The position numbers and the translations under genes were made by a program. The notes beneath the pieces are model-generated. The model had not been told where the DNA came from. It saw only the letters and a program-made list of their open reading frames with translations, and made no database searches. From Acutalibacteraceae bacterium (GTDB taxonomy: Bacteria > Bacillota > Clostridia > Oscillospirales > Acutalibacteraceae): a stretch of DNA of 64,000 nucleotides. The stretch lies in NCBI GenBank assembly GCA_045605425.1, contig JAZUQA010000012.1, forward strand, positions 246 to 64,245, read 5' to 3'. This document shows, in pieces, positions 63,773 to 64,000 of this stretch. Each line of letters opens with the position of its first letter. Position 1 is the stretch's first letter.

Positions 63773-64000
63773 ATGCTCAACTGTGCAGTTCTTATGGGTC
63801 GCCTTGTTGCAGACCCTGAGCTCCGTACAACTACTACGGGAATTTCTGTTACTTCATTTACCGTCGCTGTTGACCGTGGCTACGTCCGTCAGGGCGAGGA
63901 GCGTCAGACAGATTTCATCAACGTTGTTGCATGGCGTCAGACAGCAGATTTTGTCACACGCTATTTCCGCAAGGGCTCGATGATTGCTGTTCAGGGCTCA
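63773..64000 (+). CDS. ssb: Single-stranded DNA-binding protein, 3' end beyond window
   Basis: Own translation from the ATG at 63773 after AAAGGAGG: MLNCAVLMGRLVADPELRTTTTGISVTSFTVAVDRGY...FINVVAWRQTADFVTRYFRKGSMIAVQGS. Not in the ORF track because there is no stop in the window. Confidence 0.9.
   Translation, partial: MLNCAVLMGRLVADPELRTTTTGISVTSFTVAVDRGYVRQGEERQTDFINVVAWRQTADFVTRYFRKGSMIAVQGS

Overview
This is a 64 kb chromosomal window from a Gram-positive Firmicute. The content looks Clostridia / Oscillospiraceae-like (SpoIID, class B sortase, type-A RNase P RNA, ThiI/NifS/CinA block), but that placement is inference only. All family calls come from motifs read in the translations; no database search was run.

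The backbone from about 8.5 to 64 kb is about 50% GC by eye. It carries housekeeping and envelope genes:
- rlmD-like methyltransferase, peptide-binding lipoprotein, an EF-G paralog
- ECF sigma with a beta-propeller protein
- cysteine desulfurase, thiI, cinA, sortase B, SpoIID-like protein, nth, galM
- tRNA-Asp and tRNA-Thr, dCMP deaminase, a NifU-like plus GGGtGRT pair
- phosphoesterases, pduL, GH16, an MMPL transporter, two ABC exporters
- rnpB, an LCP protein, uxaC, an aldo/keto reductase, three glycosyltransferases, rpsF and a partial ssb

Three things stand out.

1. An 8.2 kb integrative element (33803..42045) sits in the 3' end of tRNA-Thr, bounded by a perfect 46-bp direct repeat. Its second minus-strand operon (RHH/MobC-like, wHTH replication-like, GIY-YIG nuclease, one small ORF) holds five in-frame TAG codons inside otherwise intact ORFs, with conserved motifs running across the TAGs. 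There are no TAA/TGA interruptions and no frameshifts. Integrase, WYL and XRE regulators, resolvase, the lipoprotein gene and the first operon are TAG-free, and no element gene ends in TAG. This points to amber recoding or suppression-gated expression. No suppressor tRNA was found in the window.

2. The AT-rich left 8.5 kb carries a tightly packed three-gene operon: AAA ATPase, RloB-like protein, and a protein with a C-terminal Cap12/Pycsar-type TIR-like domain. This looks like an AbiL/PARIS-style ATPase plus Toprim-like pair with an extra TIR-like effector. It lies beside a LytTR two-component system and a pair of ABC exporters.

3. A family of intergenic palindromic elements recurs across the backbone. 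Their arms are copy-specific tandem heptamers and their GC-rich double-hairpin core (about 46 to 60 nt) is conserved. Several other inverted-repeat elements are also present.
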